DNA of 64,000 bases from Balanoglossus misakiensis (Eukaryota; Animalia; Hemichordata): assembly GCA_040954595.2 (NCBI GenBank), contig CM082592.2, positions 5,176,506 to 5,240,505 of the forward strand, in the 5' to 3' direction. The notes under the pieces are model-generated. The model ran no database searches, had not been told where the DNA came from, and was given only the letters and a program-made list of their open reading frames with translations. The position numbers were made by a program, and so were the translations under genes. Of the stretch, positions 40,201 through 53,000 are shown piece by piece (position 1 is the first letter of the stretch; every line of letters begins with the position of its first letter).

Positions 40201-43200
40201 GTCCAACCTCAGTAAACTTACATTATCCATACATGTATCTCTTCCTCTGAAGAAACATTCTAGTTGTGCCTGAGTTTAGCCGACAAAACAGTTTTTGTTT
40301 AATTTTAGCACCAAATACGCCAAATATAAACTGTGGCTCATACTAGGTCTATGAAATGTACATTTGAAATGTACATCCTATAACTTCTAGGAGGCCCTAC
40401 CAAACACAGTTCGAGGATTTCAACTGTTTTAGAGAAGTCACACGGTATTTGGTTACTAATAATAAATACCAAAGGGTACTTAATATGAGCCCCATCTGAC
40501 TGAGCTTTTAAACAAGGTTGTCATAATGTGCCTGAGAGTCCCTTTTGAGGGACAAACCCATTTAAATATTTAAAATGAGGTAAGAGTTGGTTTATTGTGT
40601 TTAAAAACTGTACAAAATAATTTGTTTATCCCTAAAGATTCAATGGCAATGCTGGACATTTAACAGACTTTGAACACACTATTGATTTATATCTGGTAAC
40701 TAACAGTAAGACTTGAGGTATCAAAAACATTTAGGCTTTAGGGACTTGTCTTGGGCAGAAACAATGCCGACTACGGCCCACTGTCCTTGTGGGAGGAGTG
40801 AAGAATGACCAGTTACAGCTGCCAACCATTGAGGAGCCTAGCCCAGACCCAATGCAATGTCCTTGTCAAGTATTTTTAAAGAACTCTGCGTTTTTGACCT
40901 CCAGATATACTGACCAGTGATTCAAACATACAGATTTACGTGAATCCCATTGTTATAAAAGGGCATAATATTTTATGTATTTGACAATGGTATTAACTTG
41001 CTATGGTGTGACATGGTTATGTCTGACACAAATGACCAATGAATAAACAATGATACTACATATTTTGTAATACAAAGTAGATTAGTAGAATTCTACAGTT
41101 TACCACATACAATCTGCTCATTTCAAGACAGATAATTGGTCAATTAGATTCATAATGGCTTTAGGATATCATATTGAACCTCTGTAATTGTCCATATATG
41201 CTACATAGAAATTTCCACTTTCCATTTTACATCTCGTATGCATATAATGGAAATAATAATACAGTACATTGATAAAACCCCTGCAAGGCCCTCACTCTGT
41301 GGGGACAGCCTCACAACATCATTCACAACATCACGCTACCTGTCAGTATGCTTTCAGTCATCATCACCTAACAATTTACCATGGTAAGCATATTTTGATT
41401 GGATGGGTGGGAATAAACAATCACTTATCAGAATCATTCAAACCAATCGGATGTTTACTACCATTGCAGCTGGGTCAGTCATCTCACCTGTGTCAAACAT
41501 GCAAATATTGCCATGGGAAAATCCACATGGTAGTGTAATATATTCCCTAACACATTGGTTATTTGTTAATTTCTAGATTTGCCTTCTCCATGGTAAATGT
41601 CGAACTGATGAATGCGCCGTTTACAATGTTGATCAAAACATACACATACCCTTTGTGTGTGTCCTCCCCAATAACACCTTATGGTTAATTTTAAAATTTG
41701 CATTCATCTCCAAAATAACAGCGCTGTCATAAACACATTAGGCAAAAGTTCATGACATCTATTCAATGCTTTTTCCAAGCTGATAAATCTAATCACATCA
41801 CATTCAAAGCAAAGGAAACAGCTTTGGCGAGATTTTCATCTTGTTTGTCGAATATTTTTTACAACAGACTTATTGACATGTACTACTGTACAGGTATTAT
41901 CATATACTGTATTTTTCCATGCAGGATGGATCTATTTTCTGACCTGGCAGATTGTTTTGTTTCTATTTTCTATTTAATTTGAAAAATGAACACAAGTATG
42001 ATCCAGACTCCCTTTTTTCCCCTCTCCTTTGAGTAGAAAGACTTCAGAATCTACCGTAGATGGCTTGGCCACCGGGTAAATCCATGATTACAACACATAA
42101 TTTTCAATCTGCTACTTGCATTGTATCATGAAAGGAACACACTGATGTATGGCCCACAGGTTTCCAGGATTGTACCACGTGCCACGCTGAGAGCTATCAA
42201 CTATGTGCAACCGTATCTAATGAAAACCGAAATCCACTTTCAATCTCCATTAAAGTGTTTTTCAAATTGCACAAGATGCTGACAAGACATTGATAGTGAA
42301 TCAATGAAAGCTGCCAGTGGTTCAAAGACTGTCCTCCTATGAGATATGACTTTACTTATGTTATTTAGCTGATCATGTTAGGCTGGCAAGACTACCAGTA
42401 TGTTGATATAACAGAATTTAATGTTGGAAGGTAGCAAAGGTGATACAGAAAAATACATCACCATCATTTACATTGCCTGGAAGCCATGATTTAATTTTTA
42501 ATGCCGTATTATGACTCATCAGATTCAACATGATAAAATTCTCACAAACTCTGCCTTACAATACATGCTGATTATAAAATCCTATAGAATGTCTGTTTCC
42601 AAACTCAGTCACACTTTATTACCTTAAAGCAAATATTAAATGCCATCCTTGTACAAGCAAAGTGTGACCACCTACAAATAAAACACACCACTATATCAAT
42701 ATTGTCATGTATAAAATTCCGCTTTACATAGTCATGTCTATGCAAGAATTTTAGAGTACATTTAGCTGTGGTTTAACAGCAAATGTTGCAATTCCAGTGG
42801 GGACATGATTCTCGTCAGCTATGGTAGTCTTGTTTCACTAAAACCTTAGACCCTTGAGAAACTGGAGGGCTAGATCCACAGTGATGTGATGAAAAATATT
42901 GTCAGAATCATGGGTATTGCCATGACAACACAGACAGCCAGAATGACACAGTATCCATATCGCCATTCAACTTATGCAGAAGTATTGTTTCCAATATGTA
43001 ACACAAATTCAAGGACAGCTAAAATAAAGAGAATAAACAGCTTTAAGTGGTTTGAAGCTCACATTTGAAAGCATGCGATTACCGCAACCTCTTGAGACAC
43101 TCACATGCTTGACAAATGCAAACAACAGTCACAGACATCGGTTGCACCCAGGAAGGTTTGTTCAGGCGGAACAAAATTCTCGTACTGATAAATTTTCGGA

Positions 43201-44372
43201 CACATATAGAATGGACGGGTCATTATTATTTGTGTACCATAAAACTGTTGGCTTACACATTGGTGCCATCTCTGGGTACTCTAAGTCTAATCTCTTCGCT
43301 TATGATTAATAACCTCTGACGGGGTCAGAGGTCATATTTTATCTGTACCACAAGGGCCGGCTGTATCAGTGTAGTCACAGTTTGCCGAGTCATGAGTTTC
43401 CTCATTGCGCCTGATGATTTAGTAAACCCCTGCTTTGCCGATCACCGACTAGAAACTCTTGATATAAACTTGAGTGGGTCTCAATATCTTGCATGTCTAC
43501 AGTCATGACTTGACAAGGGTCAGCTGACTATTTTGTACTAGCCCTCAAGAGCATTCACTGAATTAGCATGTGATGATCACTGGCAGTATTACCTAGATGG
43601 TTGTTCAAGTCACCATGTTCCAGTTGGTGGTCACAACACAAAAGACCACTCTTACATGAGGAAAAGTCAAGATACAGGGAAACCTGTCATTACTGACACC
43701 TTATCAGGACACATCTCTGTTGTAGACAGATTCTTCAAGACAAATGTTATGATTTGAATTATAATTGTTCCTATTAAAGGACACCTCTCTTTTCAGGACA
43801 TTTTCTGTTCCTGAAGGTGTGTTAAATTAATTAATAATAGACAGATTTCACTAATCTAAGTAAGAAAAACTTTGGCTGTTACAAATTCTAAGCTTAGAGA
43901 TGAGTGAATACAAAGGCAGTATCCCAAGTTTGGGGGTTATATCCTTTGTGTTCACTAATGGTCATCCCTCTTCATACACACAAGTATAGCAGTAAAAGGA
44001 TCAAGTTAATCTTGCTGGACTTTAATTGGTTTGGTCGAATATTTTCATTCTCTTGTGGAAATTCTATGCGCAGAGTCTGTGTTCGGACATTGCACGATAA
44101 CAATCATTATATATGTATCATTGACAGTAATATTTAAATAAGTAAATGATGTAATGTCTCCTTTGGACACGTTACCTTTCTTCAGTATACTGCTTTCCTC
44201 CAGTAAATCCATATCTATCCGGTTGTCTTGGACCATTTAGAGAGCTCATACTGCCCCTAATACTGCCATTATAGACGCTGTTATAATCGTCATCACTATC
44301 GACTGTACTGGCCACTTCGAGCCTGTCATCTTCGTCGACCATCGCCACATCCGTCGGTCCCATTGCCGACAT
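28283..44372 (-). CDS. TBC1D10A: TBC1 domain family member 10 (EPI64/TBC1D10A/B-like) Rab-GAP, ~418 aa
   Basis: Exons 44176-44372, 33035-33134, 32366-32473, 30655-30876, 29476-29616, 29011-29125, 28764-28918, 28283-28501 join in frame (1257 nt). Motifs [47 protein letters not shown] (arginine finger), [18 protein letters not shown] (glutamine finger), [20 protein letters not shown]. Probably co-orthologous to vertebrate TBC1D10A/B/C. Confidence 0.93.
32582..32929. mobile_element. 348-bp fully palindromic MITE, Kolobok/T2-type (TTAA target duplication, AGG...CCT termini)
   Basis: TTAA at 32578-32581 and 32930-32933. Arms agggacaaagtctctctctcgctgccctttttccattaa... and ...ttaatggaaaaagggcagcgagagagagactttgtccct pair over ~165 bp up to a short central loop near 32750-32763. 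Confidence 0.88.
37482..38930 (-). pseudogene. Decayed intronless ORF remnant of uncertain family (weak Mab-21/cGAS-like resemblance)
   Basis: Track ORFs 38424-38645, 37758-38159 and 37482-37682 share one frame. Manual translation gives ~480 codons with about a dozen stops, fewer than expected for AT-rich non-coding DNA. Confidence 0.4.
38990..40080 (+). pseudogene. Possible frameshifted Mab-21/cGAS-like (cGLR) remnant
   Basis: Fragments in several frames, in the expected order: [17 protein letters not shown]; [26 protein letters not shown]; RWHFSNA; [10 protein letters not shown]; [10 protein letters not shown]. Recognised by eye only. Confidence 0.3.
43675..43853. mobile_element. Degenerate Tc1/mariner-type MITE
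   Basis: ta|cagggaaacctgtc ... gacagatttcact imperfect TIRs (CAGTGAAACCTGTC-like), with internal gacacc sub-repeats. Confidence 0.5.
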
Positions 44373-44559
44373 TGTTCAACTCAAACCTCAGCGACAACTC
44401 GAAAATCCGTTCCAGATTATTTCGCTTGTGAGAATTTTTCAAGAAAAAATGAAGGAGTCGCCAGGCGTGATGGAGAACGGTCGTGTCTCATCCAGCGAAC
44501 CTGCTCTACTTACGTGTAACCCTCGCCATAAGCACAGAAATTATTACATGCAGCTAGGT

Positions 44560-44900
44560 AGAAGTAGAATACGATTTCACAGCATACACTGACATGTAGG
44601 TTCGCGTTCGTTCGGTCACTTCCTGATTTTTTCAATGCACATGTCAGTCAGTGCTCAAATCTCCACGGAAGATGTGACGAACGGCTCTACTTGTGTGAAA
44701 CTTCTTTCCGGGGATGTCCGTTCACGTTAGGGGAATATAGTTCCAAAATGAAGTCCATTATATTCCAGTTTTTTGCTATAATCACAGAGTTTACGTCGAC
44801 CTAGTACCTCCTCATCAATACATCAATATTTCTTAGCGCTCGCAGTAGACGCATGCGCATTATAACGATCTATGCCTCGCTTTCAATCCTGAAACTTTTT
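44560..44900 (-). promoter_or_regulatory. Probable housekeeping-type promoter of TBC1D10
   Basis: Locally CpG-richer DNA upstream of the ATG. NRF1-like cgcatgcgca at ~44850 and ETS-like cacttcctg at ~44617. Confidence 0.4.
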
Positions 44901-46197
44901 TTCGGACGAAAATTTTACTCTGGAAAAAATAATAATACACATAGCTAAAAGTGCGAAGTCTATCACTTTAATTTTTAAAATTTAACTGAACTTATCAAAC
45001 CACAGAAATTTGGAGGTTTTGTTGCAGCAAAATGTTCTATTTTAATTTGCGCATATTGTCGTATATCCGAGTTACAAGTTTGATGATCGGACTGAAACCT
45101 GTTCGGATCATTCATAAGTGAACAAGTCTCATGTCGATGAAATTTTACCTCACTAGTGTTGTTAAGTTCACACTATTTTTATCGTAGGGGTAAATTGGCT
45201 TGCATAGAACGCCACCCATGCGCCAATACTGTTGCAGTTAAGGGTCGTCGTAAGTTCATGCAGTGACGGAATATCTAATAATGGAAAGTTAATTTCTACT
45301 GCAATTTTGAACAGACTATGAAGTACGCCAACTCTACGTATACCTTTTTCCAAGTCAATCATTTCAACTGATGAGCCCTGGCCTGTTGCCATCGCGGATA
45401 ATTGTTCGGAGTCATTTAAGATTTTACCCCTAAACCGTGTTTCTTGTCAGATTTCAATTGATCATGTGAAATGATTCTTGATCGGACTCATGTAGAAATA
45501 TAAGTGCTCTCTTTGTACTGGATTCAATAAAATTTGACTGGACTAATGCAAGGCTTTTGTGGCACAAGGGTCATACATACATGTATTCAACAACAGGCCG
45601 TATACAGTTGTAATTGAAATATATAGTATTAAGACTTTCTGACTTTGTTCACATTTCCTGACAGACAGTTGCGATGCCGTCAATACAGCCAAATTTCGAA
45701 GTCATTGATTCTTTCGGGCAGATCTGTTAATCTACAGCAAGTGTATAAACGAACTATATTGTGAAGAGAGCGATAGAGAAGAGATAAAGGAATGTAATAA
45801 CGTACTAAACTAGTAGGTCGGAGAAAATCGATGTCTTTACAGACAGCACATTATAGAAGTTGAGGGCGCCAGACGTCAAATTTCGTCATGAACACAGACA
45901 GTGGCGTTACCCACGTCCACCTTGACCAGTTTCATTATCCGTTTCAAATGAAAGTTGTTCTATCGCTCGTAAAACTTACTTGAATGTTTTCAATATACAC
46001 TATTGAGGTTGTATCAACTTAGAGTTTAAGCATTTTCGTGTTTACTGTTGTCAACGAGACTTTGAAATGAACACATGAAATCGAGACAGGGCGCCCTCTG
46101 TGGTCCACAGGGAAACTTCTTCACGACTCACACCATTCCCTCTCATGCAAAACAGGAACACAAGTCACACCAACTCATAAAATTAAATGTCTGTCCT

Positions 46198-46203
46198 TTT
46201 ATT
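46198..46203 (-). terminator. Candidate polyadenylation signal (AATAAA) of Ataxin-2
   Basis: tttatt on the + strand, followed on the minus strand by GT/T-rich sequence, ~900 bp past the predicted last coding exon. Confidence 0.45.
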
Positions 46204-47085
46204 TGCAAACTACTAATGAGCACATTCAGGAATCTTTTCCCAATACCACCACTCCCATGCCGTGGCAGAGTATCGGAGCGTTCCCAATGGGTTGGTATTT
46301 TGTGTCCGGCAAATTCTCCAACTACATTTCAGTTTGACCACATTTGGACTTTGCAGCACTTGCCAGATTTCTGGAAGAAGACACCACACCGCATCAATGT
46401 GTGCTCCAAGTAGAGTTACTTTTTGTTTTTCAATCCCCGCTCTCAGGAAAAAACAGGCCGTTGGCGACATCTTAATGTTCACCCAAGCCAGCTTTTTAAA
46501 AAAAATCTCTCGTCTTTCCTCTGACCTCACAAACTCTTTTTTGCAGATCTGCGACAATTCAAACAGCATGCACGCGATGATGATGAACAGTGTTTTTCGG
46601 TTCTCGTTTACGAGCACTGACAGAATTCCACAGTTCATTTGACGTGCACACGACAGCGTAACATCACAGGGTAGCCCATTTTACTCCGGAAACCAGCTTG
46701 CAGCCAGGCATCTATAAAGCATTGTTTTTTTCTTTCCGCCTGACGTCTAAAACTCCCCGTCTCAAGAGTGGGTAACAGCTACACGCACGCTGTCTTCAGA
46801 TCCACAGGGTGGCGCCAGAACATAGCACATTGAACTCAGATAACATTTTTTTTTTCGCTTTGTATTGTTTTTCATTAGTTTGCGTATTTCCCATCTATTG
46901 GACTAAACTTGTTCATTTAGCATCTGCGAGGTCTCCATGGAAGCACACAACCATGGTTACCGTTTCTTTCTGCTATCCGCGGCATCTTTTGGCCGCAGGG
47001 ACAGAAATTTTGAAGCGACTACTCGTCATTCTAGAGTGTAGGGATCTCCTCTTTTTTTGCTATTGGTGCGTTAAGACTAATTTGT

Positions 47086-50000
47086 TCAACTCATAATTTT
47101 TTTTTTAAATATATTTTTTGTCGTAATATCATTTCGAATTTCCCATGTCATAATTGACTTGTTCCACCAGCTGGCTATGTCTTCCGCCATTTTCTCATAC
47201 CCTGCAAAGAGAAGTGGGAAAAGGTTACTTAATTTTCTGGGCACACTTTCTGGGCAGCAGCAGAATCATTTATGTGCAATGCTGACACAATGTCGTTGTG
47301 TTCATTTAACCCTTTCACCGCCATGGTTTGGTCCAACTCGGATTGTTTTCCAACAGCAATACTGGATCTTTATACGGGAAAACGGGTGGACAGGGCTGTT
47401 TTCTTAGGTTGGAGACATCGCTTACCTCAATGAGATTCATAACTGCTGCTTACAGCCTGCGGTCTAATTGTTCGGAGGGTAGGATCCATGAGGTGGCTGG
47501 GAATGAGCGGGTCCTGCAACGCAATGAAGAGATACGGTATTCATTGATCTGGAAGATTCAATATCAACATTGGGTGTGTGATATGATGACCACACCGCAG
47601 CATTGGACTCTGAGGTTAATATCGTTACTTCAAAATGCGCACAGCAAGATTGAGATCAGTGAATTTAACAATGATCTTCATTCGACTGCCATTCTCAGTA
47701 TGTGCTGTGTATGGTAATAACTTCTCATGATATGCCCCAAGCCATGGTGTCTAACACTCATGCCAAAAGCAGTACATTTGTGAGTAAACTGCCAGCAATG
47801 ACTACATGAGAAATATGGCATTCAGCCAGCACACTTTTGACAGGTTTGGCCATGCTGTTATTTGATCAGCCAGTTTACACAAGCAGATTTTTTGCATCTA
47901 AAATTTGACAAAAACTATTATTTAGAATCAACCTGGTCTGGTTACAGAACATGGCATTATCGTCACACAATGAAACATGCTTCACTAACAACACAGACTG
48001 TTAAACCGGACACAGAAATTGACATTGCATGATGGGATTAGAGGATCCAGGGGGGAGGGAGGGGATAGCACGAAAGGGGTAGGGATGACATTAGTTTCAC
48101 AGAAACAGGAAATCAGAGTGGAAAACTATCATGTAATGTGAAAAGGATGTGCCAGCAACAACCAGAATGTTCCCCTCATGTTATGGCAATGTAACATGAT
48201 AAAAGTCCATGTGCATATCAGGATGTATCAGTATAAAGCCAAGTTAAACATCACTACTTTCATCTACTAAAAATTGTCAAGCAGGTAATATTTTGTTAAT
48301 ACAGGTACACAAAGCCACAATCAGTTTGTTTGCAGCTGTGGTTTGAAGCAATCATCAAGATAATTTCTTCAGTGATTTCAGATATCACTGCAGGCCATGC
48401 CCAACAACAGTGCAAGTGTGTGACAGACATTAAAATGCTGTGGCAGCTGTACATTGCGACAGGTCTGCATCACAACTGAATCCAGATGCACCATTATAGG
48501 AATTCACATCTGCACATTCACTGCCACAGAAACTTTAGTAAGACTTCCACACCCCATAAAAAACAAAGGCATGTCCCTGTGTGATTCTAAAGCTGTTAGA
48601 GACACTACTTTGCCACAACAGCTTTTTGACGAGATTCATGTTAAAGGTTAACACAAATTGTGTTTGTGAAAGAATTTAGCTCTTGTATTAAATTTAATCC
48701 AATCAAATCTGGCATGCAAAGTTAAACCTAGCGGTAAGAATACCAATTTATGTCATAGTAGCTACAAATCATACATAACATTAAAAGTGAAAACCAAGCA
48801 ATTACAGGCCAGTAATTAAGTCAATTGAGTTAATGTCACACTCACAGATGCTTCAATTACTTTTTCAGTCTTTTCGAAATTAAGAATGAAACATGCAATG
48901 AGCACTTGCTGGGTATGCTTTAGGGGGAGAAAATAAATTCATTACATGTATTCTGCTCCAGCTGTGTTTCATTGCATACAAAGACTGTTTTGATACAGCC
49001 ATTGATCTTTTTGAGAGCAATTTTTCAAGAAACTAGAAAATAATTGTCTTACTTGGCCTCAAGATTCTTGAGTCACAGTGACTCTTGATATGATAAAGTG
49101 TCTCAAATCGATCTAATTTTGTGATGTACTTGGAGAAAGCACATGTAGATGTGAATGCAGCATTGATTTCACCCCCTGTGAAGTTATTTGTAACCATGCT
49201 TTGTGCAGGGAAACCCCACAACCCAGTGAAGTGCTGAAACGTTTTTTTTCTTCTTCTATTGGGGTAATAAACCATGTTAATTCCAATGCAATGTGGTTCC
49301 AGAAAACAGATAGACATTTTTTTTAGTTGAAGTGAAAAACCACTACACCAATCTCTACCAGGAATGGATGCACTATGGTTTTGGTGCTGTATATGGAGGT
49401 ATGCTGGTAGAGGCTTATATTATGTTCAATTCTGATCAAGACTTGATTTTTCATTTCAACTAGGCTATTCTTGATGATAATTAAATGATATAATTTCTTG
49501 TGCTGCTTAATGTGGACTAGCTGGCAATTACAGTAAACTGACATTGACAAAGATGGTAGCTAACGAACAGACCCCAAATAGAAAATATCTGCCAATAACA
49601 TGTAACGTTCTTTTTATTGCACTGAAAACATTAATTTCATTTTGACCAGCATACCTCCACTACGCATTGATGTGTTTAGACAGTGGCCACAGACTGCATG
49701 TTAAAAAGCACATGTTACGATGTTGTTTTTTGATGGGGGAAATGGTGTTTTTTTTCACCTGGAGACCCGAGTCTGGGCGCTGCACTGTAATAAGCATTAC
49801 CCTCTGTAAGCACCACAACCTTGCCATCAACTGGAACAATAAAAATAAACAAAACAGAAAAAAGAACAAAAATGTACTAACTGCAGACATAAGTTTACAC
49901 AGGGGACTGTGCTTTCAAGACCCATACATTAAACCCTGCCACAGAACACTCGCTTTTCACTTGTCTTCAGGGCCTATTCATTATCTCATGGAAGGGGGGC

Positions 50001-53000
50001 ATCACTATGATAACACTAAGGTCAAGCCCTTCACGAATGCCAACATGACAGAGTAGATTTTGACAACACATTACATCAGATGATAGCATGGCAGCGTAAG
50101 AGCACACACACACATCCAATGAGCAGGATGCAGCATTTACTTTTGCGAAGTTTCAACAGCGAAAATATTGCTCTTCACATTCCAAGTTCTCTGTCGCGAT
50201 GGTAATATCCAATAAGGCTTATGACTTACAGCTTTTGAAAATAGCAGACATTAATAGTAGGACTCGCTCACAACATATAATAACATCCTTATATGTCAAC
50301 CCCCTTACTTTCAGTGATCTACTTTACCTACAGATTGAAAGGATGTTGACTGAAAATCAACAATGGCACTTTTTGCTGGTAGCTATATGCACATAGCTAA
50401 CAAGTTAACACATTGTAAAACACACAACAGAACTGAAACAGCGACGACATCAAATGACGGGGATACTATGAGTGCTGATGTAGGAAATGGGAGAGAATGG
50501 AAGACTACCCACCTTGTAAGTAAGGAGCAGATATTTGCGCAGTAGGGGTTGGAGCGACTACACCAGCGGCACCAGTATGTCCGGCAGCTGAGGGACTGTG
50601 TGCATGTCCGTGACCCTGTTGTGGTACCATCATCACCTGTGGCTGTATAGGGGGCTGCGTGTGCGTGTAGGGTTGTGGGTGCACCGGCGTGACCGTGGTG
50701 ATATGTGCGTTGGCCGTGTGGGTGGCCACCGGCACCTGCTGCTGGATCTGGTGAGGCGGGGCCTGCGAGTGGGCCTGCTGGGGCACCCCCTGGGGCGACT
50801 GCGGCGTGTGCTGCAGGGCCTGCGGGGCGTGCTGCATCTGGTGCGGGGAGGGCTGGTACAGGATCTGGTGCTGGTGGGCCTGGTGCGGCATGTGCTGGGG
50901 CTGAGTTGGCGGCGGCGGGGCCGAGTGGGGCACCTGGTGCACGGGGCTGGGCGCCGGGTGCGAATTGTGCTGCTGGGCCGGCTGCGGCTGCTGCCCGGCC
51001 GCCATCTGCCCCGGCTGGTGCTGCGGGTTCTGCCCCTGCTGCTGGCTGGGTTGCTGCGGGGGTGTGTGCCGCTGCTGGGAGTGGGAGTGGGGGTGCAGGT
51101 GGGGCTGCCCCTGTGGCTGTGTAGGGTGTGGCTGGGGTTGGTGCTGGTGTTGTGCCTGCGGGTGTGGCTGGGGGACTTGTGGCATACCAGTCGCTGGTGA
51201 CACTGCAAAGACAAACATCAAGATAAAACATCAAGCGTTGCACAATCTAACAACTTTTCAGAGAAATGTCTCCATGGACGAAAACATGATAAAGTCAGTT
51301 TCACTTCTAAGCAGACCCTTCTCCCTTAGTCAACCCAAATCACTACTCTAAAAATACACATTAGCCTCTTTAAAAATAGCGTCAAGGACACTGTGGTCCC
51401 ATTTGAGGACATAGCAACATAGCAATAAGCATATCTGCTCTGGGTGCCAAGATATGGAAAAGTAGGTCAAAGGTCACCTGAGGTCATGCAAAATTTGGGC
51501 AAGAAATTTTGACCCTATACTGGTCCATGTTGAACAAAAACCAAACCTATAGCCCTATTGGTTAGCCTGTAATTAGGTATGCACATAATTAATGAGATAT
51601 GCAGGTGTCACAGGTGACCCATATTTTGGCTTTTCAATTTTAGTCCCAACCCTCCAAACGCGAAGTCTGTATCTGCTCTGGATGCCAAGATATGATAAAG
51701 TAGGTCAAAGGTCACCTGAGGTCATGCAAAATTTGGGCAAGAAATTTTGACCTTATACTGGTCCATGTTCAATAAAAACCAAACCTATAGCCTTATTGGT
51801 TAGCCTAGGATTAGGTATGCACATAATTAATGAGATATGCAGGTGTCACAGGTGACCCCCAATTTTGGCTTTTCAATTTTAGTGCCAACCCTCCAAACGC
51901 CAAGTCTGTACCTGCTCTAGATGCCAAGATATGGTAAAGTAGGTCAAAGGTCACCTAAGGTCATGCAAAATTTGGGCAAGAAATTTTGACCCTACACTGG
52001 TCCATGTTCAACAAAAACCAAACCTATAGCCTTATTGGTTAGCCTGGAATTAGGTATGCACATAATTAATGAGATATGCAGGTGTCACAGGTGACCCCCC
52101 AATTTTGGCTTCTCAATTTTAGTGCCAATCCTCCAAACGCCAAGTCTGTACCTGCTCTGGATGCCAAGATATGGAAAAGTAGGTCAAAGGTCACCTGAGG
52201 TCATGCAAAATTTGGGCAAGAAATTTTGACCCTATACTGGTCCATGTTCAACAAAAACCAAACCTATAGCCCTATTGGTTAGCCTGGAATTAGGTATGCA
52301 CATAACTAATGAGATATGCAGGTGTCACAGGTGACCCATATTTTGGCTTTTCAATTTTAGTCCCAACCCTCCAAACGCCAAGTCTGTACCTGCTCTGGAT
52401 GCCCAGATATAGGAAAGTAGGTCAAAGGTCACCTGAGGTCACCCAAAATTTGGGCAAGAAATTTTGACCCTATACTGGTCCATGTCCCACAAGAACGAAA
52501 CCTCTAGCCCTATTAATTAGCCCGGAATTAGGTATGCACATAATTAATGTGTTAAGCAGGTGTTACAGGTGAGCCCAAAAATTTGCCTTTTATTTTGGCC
52601 CCATTGTGCTCACTGGCCAATAGACAGTCACTGTACAGGACTATTGCACAGACCAGAATTCCACAATAAGACGTGGACATAGCTTAACCATAGAGGTATA
52701 AGTAAAGGTATAAATTTAATAAAAAGACTAAAAAATTCATAAAAAATAAAACATCCATGATATCAACTTAACACTTACAGGTCGGTGTGAGGTTGACATA
52801 AGGTACATACATATCAATTTTCAAAGCAATCTGACCAGTAATTGTTGAGTTACAGAGTTTTGATCAATTTCACATTTTACAAGCTAATTTGCATATTTTT
52901 GGGCCTGGCAACTTCGTTTGGACAAACTCCCATCTACAGCCCAGCCTGCACCTACACACCAAATATTGAGGTGATACGCGCAGCGGTTTTCAAGTTTTTG

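Noticed and set aside
44400-47000. Independent gene between TBC1D10 and Ataxin-2 (ORFs at 46075-46642)
   Set aside because: No recognisable domains or exon chain; consistent with Ataxin-2 3' UTR and intergenic DNA.
47306-47400. TTAACCCTTTCACC... piggyBac-type mini element
   Set aside because: The right TIR is degenerate and there is no second TTAA; too weak to call.
50383-51351. Long Ala/Pro-, Cys/Gly- and Arg-rich ORFs as separate genes
   Set aside because: They are alternative frames or antisense shadows of the Ataxin-2 low-complexity exon.
51433-52600. Regular repeats as a CRISPR-like array
   Set aside because: Whole 239-bp units repeat with no unique spacers, and they sit in a eukaryotic intron within TE termini.
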